Below are positions 18,461-27,373 of a stretch of DNA of 38,610 nt, piece after piece. The stretch is taken from NCBI GenBank assembly GCA_040260805.1, contig JBDQPD010000025.1:1-38610 (forward strand). The letters run 5' to 3'. The notes under the pieces were generated by a model. It was not told where the DNA came from and searched no databases. It worked only from the letters and a program-made list of their open reading frames with translations. A program made the translations under genes and the position numbers. Within the stretch, counting starts at the first letter, position 1. Each line of letters starts with the position of its first letter. Origin of the DNA: Myxococcota bacterium (GTDB lineage Bacteria > Myxococcota > UBA4151).

Positions 18461-19682
18461 GCGCGTCACCGCGATCTAAAACGGCCATCAGCTCGTTATC
18501 GGTCAAGATACGGTCGCTCAGCTTAGCCGCTGCAAACAGCGCCTTCTCTTTACTCTCATTCGCCTCGATACCGCGCACCTTCATCCAATAACGGACATTA
18601 CTCATCCCCGACATTGGACCGATTTCGATCACTTGATCGATACCGAATTGTCCCGCCGGGACGCCAGAATACACCAAATCGGCGAGTTCTGTATCCCCTC
18701 GATCAAGGGCTTTGATAATCGCAGCTGCATGAACGCCGGTTGCGGTTCGAAAGGCGTCTTCGCCAAACACCGGATAATTGTAGGGCAAAGGGACCCGGCA
18801 AGCCTTTGCGGCCAAGCGCACAAAATCCCCAAGGCAGCTCAAGTCGTGAGGCCAGAGTCCAAGCAATTTCAGGTTAACCAGAATTTGATCAATGCTGGTG
18901 TTTCCCACCCGCTCACCGACCCCAAGAGCGGTCCCGTGGATACGTTGCGCACCGCATTCAGCAGCCATTAGGGTATTGGTTAATGCCAAACCCCGATCGT
19001 TGTGACCGTGCCAATCCAAACCCACGTCAGCGTCTGAACTCTCAACAAAATCAACAGCAAACTGCATCAGCTGACGAACCCCATGAGGGGTCGAATGACC
19101 GCAGGTATCGCAGAGCACCAAACGCGCAGCGCCAGCTTCAATGGCGGTATCAAACATGACCCGCAGCTGGTCAGGCCGGCTTCGGGTCGTATCTTCGGTC
19201 ACATAAGCGACCGTCAGCCCCTGTCTGACACCAAATTCGATGGCTTTGCGGCTGATGTCGGCAATGGTCTGGACCGTCCAGTTCTCAGTGTACTGACGCA
19301 CCGGCGATGAACCGATGAAGGCGTAGACCTCGAGCGGATGCCCGGTCTCATATTGAACATCAGCGACCGGAGCGATGTCGGCCTCTAAGGTCCGCGCCGC
19401 GCAATAGGGAATAATCGACAGCTTCTCGTCACGAATGAGTTTGACCAACTCGAGGACGTGCTCCTTAGCCCGAGCGCCAGCTCCAGGCAGGCCGACATCA
19501 ACGACGCCAATCCCCATGCGGTCCATCATTCGAACCAACTCCATCTTTTGATCGAGTTCGGGATCATTCACTGTGGGGCTTTGAACCCCATCGCGCAGCG
19601 TTTCATCAACAACGGTTATCGGACTTTTTCCGAGCATCGACACCAGCCGCCGCTCGTTCCAATCGAAAATTAAATCGCTCAT
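18453..19682 (-). CDS. LeuA-family DRE-TIM metallolyase lacking the C-terminal regulatory domain
   Basis: DETLRDGVQ, LCDTCG, HGHNDRGLA, GVGERVGNT; only 409 aa. ATGA overlap with the thiolase. Confidence 0.88.
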   Translation of the reverse strand: MSDLIFDWNERRLVSMLGKSPITVVDETLRDGVQSPTVNDPELDQKMELVRMMDRMGIGVVDVGLPGAGARAKEHVLELVKLIRDEKLSIIPYCAARTLEADIAPVADVQYETGHPLEVYAFIGSSPVRQYTENWTVQTIADISRKAIEFGVRQGLTVAYVTEDTTRSRPDQLRVMFDTAIEAGAARLVLCDTCGHSTPHGVRQLMQFAVDFVESSDADVGLDWHGHNDRGLALTNTLMAAECGAQRIHGTALGVGERVGNTSIDQILVNLKLLGLWPHDLSCLGDFVRLAAKACRVPLPYNYPVFGEDAFRTATGVHAAAIIKALDRGDTELADLVYSGVPAGQFGIDQVIEIGPMSGMSNVRYWMKVRGIEANESKEKALFAAAKLSDRILTDNELMAVLDRGDAHV

Positions 19683-20872
19683 TCACCCACCTTGACGATC
19701 ACTGCGATTCCCTGTCCTCCCCCAATGCATGCACTGCCAAGACCAAAACCGCCACCGCGGCGCTTCAAAGCGTGAATCAAATGGGCAGTAATCCGGGCGC
19801 CGCTGGCAGCGAGCGGGTGACCTAAAGCGATGGCACCCCCGCAAGCGTTCACTCGTTCAGGGTCGATCTCTAGCGCTTTCGCGCACCCTAAGACTTGGGG
19901 CGCAAAAGCTTCGTTGATTTCAATCAGGTCCATATCATCGAGCGTCAAACCGGCTCTCTTGAGCGCGAGCTTGGAGCTCTCGACAGGCCCTAAGCCCATC
20001 ACCGTGGGGTCACAGCCGGTGACCCCCCAGCTGACCAAGCGAGCGAGCGGAGCGAGGCCCTTAGCTTGAGCATAGCTTGCGCTGCTTAGCACCAAAGCAC
20101 CGCCGCCGTCACAGATACCCGAAGCAGCGCCGGCGTGAATTACGCCGTCTTTCTTAAAGACCTTGGGCAGCTTAGCGAGGCCCTCCATCGTGGTTTGAGG
20201 CCGCGGGTGCTCATCGACAGCGATCACGCGATCGCCTCGACGGCTCTTGACCGTCACTGGCGCTATTTCGGCGTCAAAGTGACCGGCTTCTTGCGCAGCG
20301 CCCCAGCGGTGCTGGCTCGCGAGCGAAAAAGTGTCGACTTCTTCTTGGCTCACCGAATAGCGCTCGGCGATATTTTCGGCGGTCATCGCCATCGGCGTGT
20401 TGCAATAGGTATCGGTGAGGCTCTCCCACAGCATATCTTCCATTTTGGGGCTACGGCCCAAGGGCGTCCCCCAGCGCGTCCCGCGCTGGACATAAGGCGC
20501 CTGGCTCATGCTCTCGGAACCACCGGTGAGCACCAACTCGGCTTGTCCGGTGAGGATTTGCTCAGCGCCCGTGATCACACCCTGAAAGCCAGAACCACAT
20601 AAACGGTTCAAGGTAATAGCTGGAGTGCTTTGAGGTAACCCAGCACGCAGCCCGACATGACGCGCCAAATACAGCGCATCGGCGCTGGTCTGAAGTACGT
20701 TACCAAAGGCTACGTGGTCATAATCTGCGAGGTCAGCGCCCGCCTCGGCGACCGCTGCCTCTGCAGCAATCACACCTAAATCGGTGGCGCTTAACCCCTT
20801 CATTGAGCCACCAAAGGCTCCAAAGGGCGTACGCTTAGCAGAGAGAAAAACGATCGAATCGGCGTGGCTCAT
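19679..20872 (-). CDS. Acetyl-CoA C-acyltransferase (thiolase)
   Basis: NRLCGSG, EINEAFA, GGAIALGHPLAASG, SACIGGGQG. Confidence 0.95.
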   Translation of the reverse strand: MSHADSIVFLSAKRTPFGAFGGSMKGLSATDLGVIAAEAAVAEAGADLADYDHVAFGNVLQTSADALYLARHVGLRAGLPQSTPAITLNRLCGSGFQGVITGAEQILTGQAELVLTGGSESMSQAPYVQRGTRWGTPLGRSPKMEDMLWESLTDTYCNTPMAMTAENIAERYSVSQEEVDTFSLASQHRWGAAQEAGHFDAEIAPVTVKSRRGDRVIAVDEHPRPQTTMEGLAKLPKVFKKDGVIHAGAASGICDGGGALVLSSASYAQAKGLAPLARLVSWGVTGCDPTVMGLGPVESSKLALKRAGLTLDDMDLIEINEAFAPQVLGCAKALEIDPERVNACGGAIALGHPLAASGARITAHLIHALKRRGGGFGLGSACIGGGQGIAVIVKVGE

Positions 20873-20894
20873 GTTGGCTTCCTAACAGCGCTGG

Positions 20895-20911
20895 CGAACC
20901 CTAAGGGTTCG
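20895..20911. promoter_or_regulatory. Perfect palindrome CGAACCCT-A-AGGGTTCG (operator candidate)
   Basis: 8-bp arms with a 1-nt spacer, about 23 nt upstream of the thiolase start, flanked by two CAGCGCT copies. Confidence 0.5.
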
Positions 20912-20959
20912 AATGTGCACAGCGCTATAGCGAGCTAAGCGTCGGCCGTCGATACGACC

Positions 20960-22399
20960 TTACGGAGTCGTGATATCCGACTCATTTCGAGGGGCGATGC
21001 TGTGGTGATCAAAGACCTCTTCAGCGATCCCCACAATCGAGCCAAAGGCGGTGCCAACCACCCGCTCAAACACCGATCCATCACTCATCGTCGGCCAGAG
21101 TCGGTCGGTGACCCGCAAACCACCCGTGACGCTGATCGTGCCAAAGTCACGACACTGATCATCGCCATCGACGCAGAGCTGGCCGTCATCGCTGTCGGCG
21201 TTGGCTTGCTCAATCGCAACGTTCTCAACGCGTACAAGCACACCTTCCCAAGGCTCGGCAGCGCTATGGTTCTCGCCATCGCTAGCGCCTGCAAGCTCTT
21301 GCGCCATCACGGTTGAGGGCTCAGGCACGGTGCTTTCCCCGGTCACCTCTACGGTCGCGCGAACGACCTGAGATTGACCACGAAACTCCGTGTATTCGCC
21401 GCTTACATTAACCGTCGAGCCTGGAGTGACCGCCGGCAGTGGGCTGGTTCCAAAGAACACATAAATACCCGAGTACATCCCACGCCCTTGTTGAATCCAT
21501 AAGCCGCGATAACGCTCTTCGCTGACATGGGTCATGCCCGTCACCACAGCATCTTGAATCTCAACCGGGCTCCCTTCGGTCACCTCACCGGACTGAATCG
21601 CTTGGATAGTGGTTGAGAAGTTGGGAGAGCCGCCGACAACGTCGAGGTCACGAGCGCCGCGCGGTAAGAGTTTGCGCTTCGAAAAACTCAAGTGAGCGAT
21701 CCCGATGACCGAGGTAAACTCGGTGCCGACTTGACGCAGGAAATACCGCCCGGTGCGCAAGCCAGAGAACAGCTCATCGTCGATGTACAAGCCATCGTTG
21801 ACCTCAATCTGACCGTAATCGACGCAATCATCTTGTCCTTGAGCGCAGGGTTCGCCGCGCTCGTTGTCCGGGTTGGCGTTGACGATCGCGACGTCGTTCG
21901 TTTGAACCAAAACACCCTCAAAGGAAGGGGACGTCGCCAAATCAGCAGCGCTGACGACGAAGGGCTCTGGGAGTTGACCATCCGCCATGGCGGTGATCGT
22001 GGGATACTGAAGCTGTTTGAGGTCATTAAAGATGGTGAACATACCGCTCAAGCTGATCGACTTACCCTCGACAAGCCCCTCGGTCTCGCTGGCTTCTGAA
22101 CCAAAGACATAGAGCCCTGAATCCGGGCCGCTGCCTTGCTGAATCCAAAAACCACGCCCTGGCGAAATCGCTGTAACGATCGCGTCTTCGATCTGAACTT
22201 GGCTGTCGCTCGCCACCGTACCGCTGCGGATCTGCGCGATGGTCGTCGTCGCCCCGACCGGCCCCGAATCGATCGCTGGCGCAACGCCTGCATCCGCAAT
22301 ACCGGTCGTGCCTGTATCGGTAAGCTGCTCACCGGCAGGATTGCTCATCTCACACGCAATGATCAGCAACGAAAGAACACTCAAAACGAAGATACGCAT
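20960..22399 (-). CDS. Lipoprotein with duplicated YhcR-like OB-fold modules
   Basis: Lipobox IIAC and two ~215-aa repeats (TTIxxIxSG...IxDAxVT...WIQQGxGxxSGxYVF...EGVLV...FxSxxGI...xxPR). Confidence 0.7.
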   Translation of the reverse strand: MRIFVLSVLSLLIIACEMSNPAGEQLTDTGTTGIADAGVAPAIDSGPVGATTTIAQIRSGTVASDSQVQIEDAIVTAISPGRGFWIQQGSGPDSGLYVFGSEASETEGLVEGKSISLSGMFTIFNDLKQLQYPTITAMADGQLPEPFVVSAADLATSPSFEGVLVQTNDVAIVNANPDNERGEPCAQGQDDCVDYGQIEVNDGLYIDDELFSGLRTGRYFLRQVGTEFTSVIGIAHLSFSKRKLLPRGARDLDVVGGSPNFSTTIQAIQSGEVTEGSPVEIQDAVVTGMTHVSEERYRGLWIQQGRGMYSGIYVFFGTSPLPAVTPGSTVNVSGEYTEFRGQSQVVRATVEVTGESTVPEPSTVMAQELAGASDGENHSAAEPWEGVLVRVENVAIEQANADSDDGQLCVDGDDQCRDFGTISVTGGLRVTDRLWPTMSDGSVFERVVGTAFGSIVGIAEEVFDHHSIAPRNESDITTP

Positions 22400-22487
22400 A
22401 ACAGCTCCAACCCTAGGGAGCCGTGATAAGCCCTATCGACGCTCGCAGCGCAAGCAATTCACTGCGCGCATACGACCAACAACGTAT

Positions 22488-23138
22488 CTACACACGCCAG
22501 CCGCCGCTCAGTGGAATGCTGGTTCCGGTGATCTGCTCAGCTTGATCGCTCATCAAAAACCTGACGGCAGCCACTAGCTCATCTGGGTTCGCCGTTCGGT
22601 TCATCGGCAGACGGTAGCGCTCGACCTGAGCTTGACTGGCATCGTGCAGCAAACCCGGAGCGATCGTATTGCAGGTTAGACCGTGAGCAGCCTCAGATTG
22701 AGCGATCGACGCAACCAAACTTTGCAGACCCGATTTGGCGGCTGCATAAGCGGCTAAATTCGGCTCAGCTCGGGCGCTACTTACGCCAGCCAGGCTAAAA
22801 TAAATCAGGCGCCCGCGGCGCGCCCGAAGAGCCTCTTTGGCGAAACGGTAGGCGTAAAACGACGAGTCTAGATTGCTGGCCATCACCGCGCGCCACTGCT
22901 CTGGCTCACACGCGTCGAGCGGTTCATGAAGAAAATCGCCGACGGTATGAATCAATCCATCAAGCCCGTCAGCATAATGAGCCATGAGCTGCGACCAACT
23001 CCTTGGGTCCGTGACGTCAAGCTGATGCGTCAACGGCGCCGCACGGCGCGTGCCGACAACCTCGTAATCAGGCGAGAGTTTAGCCACTAAAGCAGCCCCT
23101 GCGCTCCCGGCAGCGCCGGTAATCAGGAGCCGCTTCAA
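22488..23138 (-). CDS. Short-chain dehydrogenase/reductase
   Basis: ITGAAGSAG, YAAAK, NTIAPG, ITGTSIPLSGG. The TTG start overlaps the upstream stop. Confidence 0.88.
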   Translation of the reverse strand: MKRLLITGAAGSAGAALVAKLSPDYEVVGTRRAAPLTHQLDVTDPRSWSQLMAHYADGLDGLIHTVGDFLHEPLDACEPEQWRAVMASNLDSSFYAYRFAKEALRARRGRLIYFSLAGVSSARAEPNLAAYAAAKSGLQSLVASIAQSEAAHGLTCNTIAPGLLHDASQAQVERYRLPMNRTANPDELVAAVRFLMSDQAEQITGTSIPLSGGWRV

Positions 23139-23839
23139 TCGCCGACCGCGTTGTCGATCGCGGCCTCAAAGACCAAGCGGATGTAATCCCCCAAACCGTC
23201 ACCTTCGAGACCATAATCGCCCAAATCCCCACCGCACATCTGCTGTGGATCACCGTTGTCATCCCAGTCGATCGGAGCCGAGGTTTGCAGACAATTGAGC
23301 ACATGCTCTGAATGGGCTCGGCAGCCGCTCGTCGAGCCGTCGTCAGCGGAAAAATTAGAGTGATCTTCGATGCGCTTAAGCAGCAAGTGCAGATAGGGTG
23401 ATTGATCCTCATTCCCTACACAGACCGAGGCGTAAGCTGTCGAATCGCGACGGTCAGGGCGCACCTCTCCGGACGGCAACGGACAGCTCTGCGCCATCCA
23501 ATTGCGGTCGAGAACCCCTTCCATGTGATCGCGAAGCTGTGACGCCATCAGCGTCATGTGCCCTGCGCGCGCCTTGAGGTCTTCAAGGCTACCCGACGCG
23601 TCGATCGCAATCTCAAAAGCTTGCGACCTCAAGAGGTAGACACGACAGCGAGCGTCATCGGTCCACTGCTCGAGGAGCGCTCGCCCTTGGTCGCCAGATG
23701 CAGCCTGCAAGGCGCTGAACCGCTCGGCGTCCCAAACGGTTGGTGCTTGAGCGCATACCGCCTCCCGGTTGACCGAAGACAGATCAGGCGAGCAAGCCGC
23801 TAAGAGGCTCACCAAAACGAGCGAGATAAAGGTCCTCAT
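23135..23839 (-). CDS. Hypothetical Cys-containing lipoprotein
   Basis: MRTFISLVLVSLLAAC lipobox; ATG 23839 in an ATGA overlap. No family recognised. Confidence 0.7.
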   Translation of the reverse strand: MRTFISLVLVSLLAACSPDLSSVNREAVCAQAPTVWDAERFSALQAASGDQGRALLEQWTDDARCRVYLLRSQAFEIAIDASGSLEDLKARAGHMTLMASQLRDHMEGVLDRNWMAQSCPLPSGEVRPDRRDSTAYASVCVGNEDQSPYLHLLLKRIEDHSNFSADDGSTSGCRAHSEHVLNCLQTSAPIDWDDNGDPQQMCGGDLGDYGLEGDGLGDYIRLVFEAAIDNAVGD

Positions 23840-24591
23840 AATCCGTTCACCCAACTCCAAGTCGCCAGGGCAAGAGTCACAGTAGAGCCGAGCGCAAACC
23901 ACCGAGCAGATGCCACGTGGGCATCGGATTGGTCGGCGTAATAAGGGCCGGCGATGGGGTCTCGAGCGATCCCGAGCGCGCGATCTCCAGCCTCATTCGC
24001 CTGCAATTGAAAATACAAAGCGCCGGCCGAAGCGACGAAACTCACGGCGCCGAGCGTCAAACCCACCACCGGGATCTTACCCGCCTCAAGAACAGCCATC
24101 TCAGCGTCGCTCGGCGGCGGGCCACCAAGCGCCTGTCGCACCTTGGCTGCGGAGACGCGAGTCAGCCCAGTCAACGCTTCGGGCTCGGCCTCAAGAGTTT
24201 CGCGCAGCAAGACTTTGAGGTTGTTGTTGTCCGAATCGATCAACTTAAGGTTCAGGATCATCTGTCCTTTAAAGCTAGCGAGTGAGCCGGTCAGGACATA
24301 GCGCGCCTGCCAGGCCTTCGCTAAATCCAAAAGACAGTCGCCTTGATGACACCCCAAGGCGCTCTGGGTCGCCTTGACCGCCACAGTTTTCCGCAGATCC
24401 GCTGCTGAGAGCACCTCAACAGGTGCCCCCGACAAGGCGCTGACGATGGCGTCACTCAGGGCTTCAAGCTGCGCCTCTTCAAGCTCAGTACCGTTGACCA
24501 AATCCAAAACGATGATCTTTGGCTTTTGATCGCCATCGGACGCCAGCTCGACGGGAGCGGCGATCAAAAGACTTAGGACCCATAAAGACAT
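23836..24591 (-). CDS. Hypothetical exported/membrane protein with TolB-N/CsgG-like domain
   Basis: Signal-like N terminus, KIIVLDL...ALGC..DCLLDLAKA..ARYVLTGSL...ILNLKLIDS, and two C-terminal hydrophobic segments. Start uncertain (24591 or 24618). Confidence 0.6.
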   Translation of the reverse strand: MSLWVLSLLIAAPVELASDGDQKPKIIVLDLVNGTELEEAQLEALSDAIVSALSGAPVEVLSAADLRKTVAVKATQSALGCHQGDCLLDLAKAWQARYVLTGSLASFKGQMILNLKLIDSDNNNLKVLLRETLEAEPEALTGLTRVSAAKVRQALGGPPPSDAEMAVLEAGKIPVVGLTLGAVSFVASAGALYFQLQANEAGDRALGIARDPIAGPYYADQSDAHVASARWFALGSTVTLALATWSWVNGL

Positions 24592-24681
24592 CTTCTTTGC
24601 GCTCTCAAATCCTGGCAATTCACGGCGAGTGGCTGCACCTTGCGTGGGTCAGACCAATAAATCTAGAGGTGGGTATCAACG

Positions 24682-25344
24682 ATGACGCAACAATTTATTG
24701 TCGACTCAGTCCCGGTGAGCCCTTTTCAAATGAACGCTTATGTATGCGGTGACGCCGAGACGAAAGACGGTGTTTTGATCGATGCAGGCGCTGAGCCGCA
24801 CAAGCTCCTAGCGATGATCAAGCGCAGCGGGCTGACCATCCACGCGATCTTGCAAACCCACGCTCACCTCGATCATGCGGGCGCCATCAAACCGCTCAAA
24901 GAGGGCTTACTGGATCGCCCAGTCTACGTTCATGAGGAGGAGATGCCGATCTACAACTCGGTCGAGCAATCGGCGCGAATGTACGGATTGGGTGATATTC
25001 CCCAGCCACCACCGCCCGATCACTTCATCGATGATGGACAGGTCTTAACCTTCGGCAGTTTATCGGCTCGCGTGATCTTCTTACCAGGTCACACGCCTGG
25101 AGGCGTAGCCTACGTCATCGGTGAGCATATCTTTGTCGGTGACACCTTATTCATGGGCTCGGTCGGGCGAACTGACCTTCCCTTCGGCGACACCCCAACG
25201 CTGATCGCTAGCCTCAAGAAGCTGATGCATGAAGACGATCAGCTGGTCGTCCATCCAGGCCACGGACCCGAAACGTCGATCGGAAACGAGCGTCGCAGCA
25301 ACCCGTTTGTTGTCGCCGCCTTGCGCGGCCAAACATGGGGCTGA
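24682..25344 (+). CDS. MBL-fold metallo-hydrolase (glyoxalase II/YcbL-like)
   Basis: ATG ACG CAA CAA reads on the + strand at 24682, so the track's strand label is wrong. Motifs THAHLDH, PGHTPGG, GDTLF, GRTDLP, PGHGP. Confidence 0.92.
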   Translation: MTQQFIVDSVPVSPFQMNAYVCGDAETKDGVLIDAGAEPHKLLAMIKRSGLTIHAILQTHAHLDHAGAIKPLKEGLLDRPVYVHEEEMPIYNSVEQSARMYGLGDIPQPPPPDHFIDDGQVLTFGSLSARVIFLPGHTPGGVAYVIGEHIFVGDTLFMGSVGRTDLPFGDTPTLIASLKKLMHEDDQLVVHPGHGPETSIGNERRSNPFVVAALRGQTWG

Positions 25345-27249
25345 TTAGAACCGAGGTACCAAGGTAGCGCTCAAGCGATTGCTCGTATCATCCAAGCCAA
25401 GCTGCTGAGTCGAATTGAAGCCCCAGCAGTAGAGCTGAGCTGACGAGGTACGAGCGCAACCATGGTTGAGACCAGCGGCGACCTCGATCACATCTTCGAC
25501 CCCGCCCACAGGAACCGGCGCGAGGATACGCGTGCTGGCTTGCCCCTGACCACATTGACCCAAGCTGTTGGCACCCCAGCACCGAACCTGACCATCGCTC
25601 GTAGCGACCAGGGTAAATTGATCCCCTACCGAGACGTTGGTGACCTCACCCGCTGCGGGAACAGCGACAGGGCGAGACGAATTTTGATTGGATCCGTTAC
25701 CGAGCTGACCAAAGAAGCCGTAACCCCAGCAAGCGACCTGACCTTGGCGGTTGGCGACGCAGGTGTGGCTTCGTCCAGAGGAGGCTTGCGCTACCCCAGC
25801 GAGCCCGACCACTAAACCCGCTGAGGCTCTCAGACCCTGCTGCGGCACACCGTCGCCGAGCTGACCCGAGGTCGCTCGACCCCAACAGGCGACCTGACCG
25901 GTGTTCCCGACACCGCAGGTGTGATCAGCGCCTGGGGCGATGTTGATCGACGCAGCTAAACCAACGACTCGCCCTGGCGCGATCTGTGTCTCAAGATTTT
26001 GATTGCCGAGCTGGCCAAACTGGTTGCGACCCCAGCACCAGGTGCCGCCGTCCTGCTGCAGCGCACAGGTGTGCCAATAACCTGCTGCGACGAGCGCAGC
26101 GTTGTCTAAGTTTTGAACGCGCTGCGGGCTACGGCTTGGCTCGCGTGTTCCATCACCGAGCTGACCGTGATCGTTAGCGCCCCAGCACCATACACGCCCC
26201 TGCTCAGTCACCGCGCAGCTGTGCGATGCACCCGCTGAGAGGTGTCGAACATCGCTCATTCCGCTGACCTGCCGTGGGCGGCCGACCAATTCGTCATCAC
26301 CGCTGACTTGGCCGTGCTGATTGCGACCCCAGCACCATACGCTTCCATCAAACTTGCGTGCGCAGCTGTGCGACTGACCCAAGCTCAGCTTAACAATCTC
26401 TGCGCGACATTGAGAGCAGCCATCACCCGCTTCAAGGTTGCCGTCATCGCATTCCTCACCGCGACTGACCTCACCGTCACCGCAGCTCGGCAAGCGGCAC
26501 TCAGTCGTGCAACCATCCCCCGGAGGGTCACAGGCTTCGTATCCTTCCTCGCCGGGATTTACGTCGATCCGCTGGTGCCCATCACCGCAACGCGCCAGCT
26601 CGCACGAGGTCGTGCAGGCGTCGAGGTCAGAGGGGTTCCCATCATCGCAAGCTTCGACGCCTTCGTGGACTGACCCATCGCCGCAACGAGCCGTTTCGCA
26701 AGCGTTAGTGCATGCGTCAGTGTCGACGTCGTTGCCGTCGTCACATTGCTCTTCTTCGTCGACCTCACCGTTACCGCAGCCCTCTAAAGCGCAGCGCGCT
26801 GAGCAGCCATCTTGGTCGCTGGTGTTCCCATCATCACAAGCCTCGCCGGCATCAACGACACCGTTTCCGCAAACCTCAATCCCGCAGGTCCCATTGCAGC
26901 CATCAGCGGGTTCATTATTAGAGTCGTCGCAGGCTTCATAGCCGCTCTGGTGCGCCTGAAGATCCGTGCGCAAAATGCCGTCGCCGCAGCGAGCCGATAC
27001 ACAATTCGCCGTGCAGCTGTCGGTATCAAGAGCGTTGCCGTCATCGCAGTCTTCACCGTCGTCGACACGACCATTACCGCAGCCCTGCATCACGCAGTTG
27101 TTGTCACACGAATCCGTGGGGTCCGAATTTCCATCATCACATTCTTCGCTCGCATCCACACGGCCGTCACCGCAAAAGGCGGTCGGTACCACAGGATCAC
27201 TCCCGCAACCTGCTGCAACTAAAGCCACAATCCAAACCCAACGAACCAT
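25345..27249 (-). CDS. Lipoprotein with 8 myxobacterial Cys-rich repeats and a 7-bladed RCC1-like domain
   Basis: GGAG RBS before MVRW, lipobox AAGC, eight CG[D/N]G...E.CD repeats, and seven xxGxxHxC...VxCWGxNxxGQLG repeats. Confidence 0.85.
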   Translation of the reverse strand: MVRWVWIVALVAAGCGSDPVVPTAFCGDGRVDASEECDDGNSDPTDSCDNNCVMQGCGNGRVDDGEDCDDGNALDTDSCTANCVSARCGDGILRTDLQAHQSGYEACDDSNNEPADGCNGTCGIEVCGNGVVDAGEACDDGNTSDQDGCSARCALEGCGNGEVDEEEQCDDGNDVDTDACTNACETARCGDGSVHEGVEACDDGNPSDLDACTTSCELARCGDGHQRIDVNPGEEGYEACDPPGDGCTTECRLPSCGDGEVSRGEECDDGNLEAGDGCSQCRAEIVKLSLGQSHSCARKFDGSVWCWGRNQHGQVSGDDELVGRPRQVSGMSDVRHLSAGASHSCAVTEQGRVWCWGANDHGQLGDGTREPSRSPQRVQNLDNAALVAAGYWHTCALQQDGGTWCWGRNQFGQLGNQNLETQIAPGRVVGLAASINIAPGADHTCGVGNTGQVACWGRATSGQLGDGVPQQGLRASAGLVVGLAGVAQASSGRSHTCVANRQGQVACWGYGFFGQLGNGSNQNSSRPVAVPAAGEVTNVSVGDQFTLVATSDGQVRCWGANSLGQCGQGQASTRILAPVPVGGVEDVIEVAAGLNHGCARTSSAQLYCWGFNSTQQLGLDDTSNRLSATLVPRF

Positions 27250-27373
27250 CCGACACTCCATGAGATCGATCATCCTGTGATCGATCATCGCTGACTCATG
27301 TTTACCCGCTTTACCTTGAGCCCTAACCACGCTTTGCGGCAAGGGACTCAGGCTAAACGAAGGAACTTACCTT

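Noticed and set aside
20895..20911. LexA box (CGAAC-N4-GTTCG)
   Set aside because: The spacer is 7 nt, not 4, and the downstream genes are not SOS genes. Kept only as a generic operator candidate.
24682..25344. ORF-track label of minus strand for the MBL hydrolase
   Set aside because: The listed protein translates from the + strand (ATG 24682, TGA 25342-25344).
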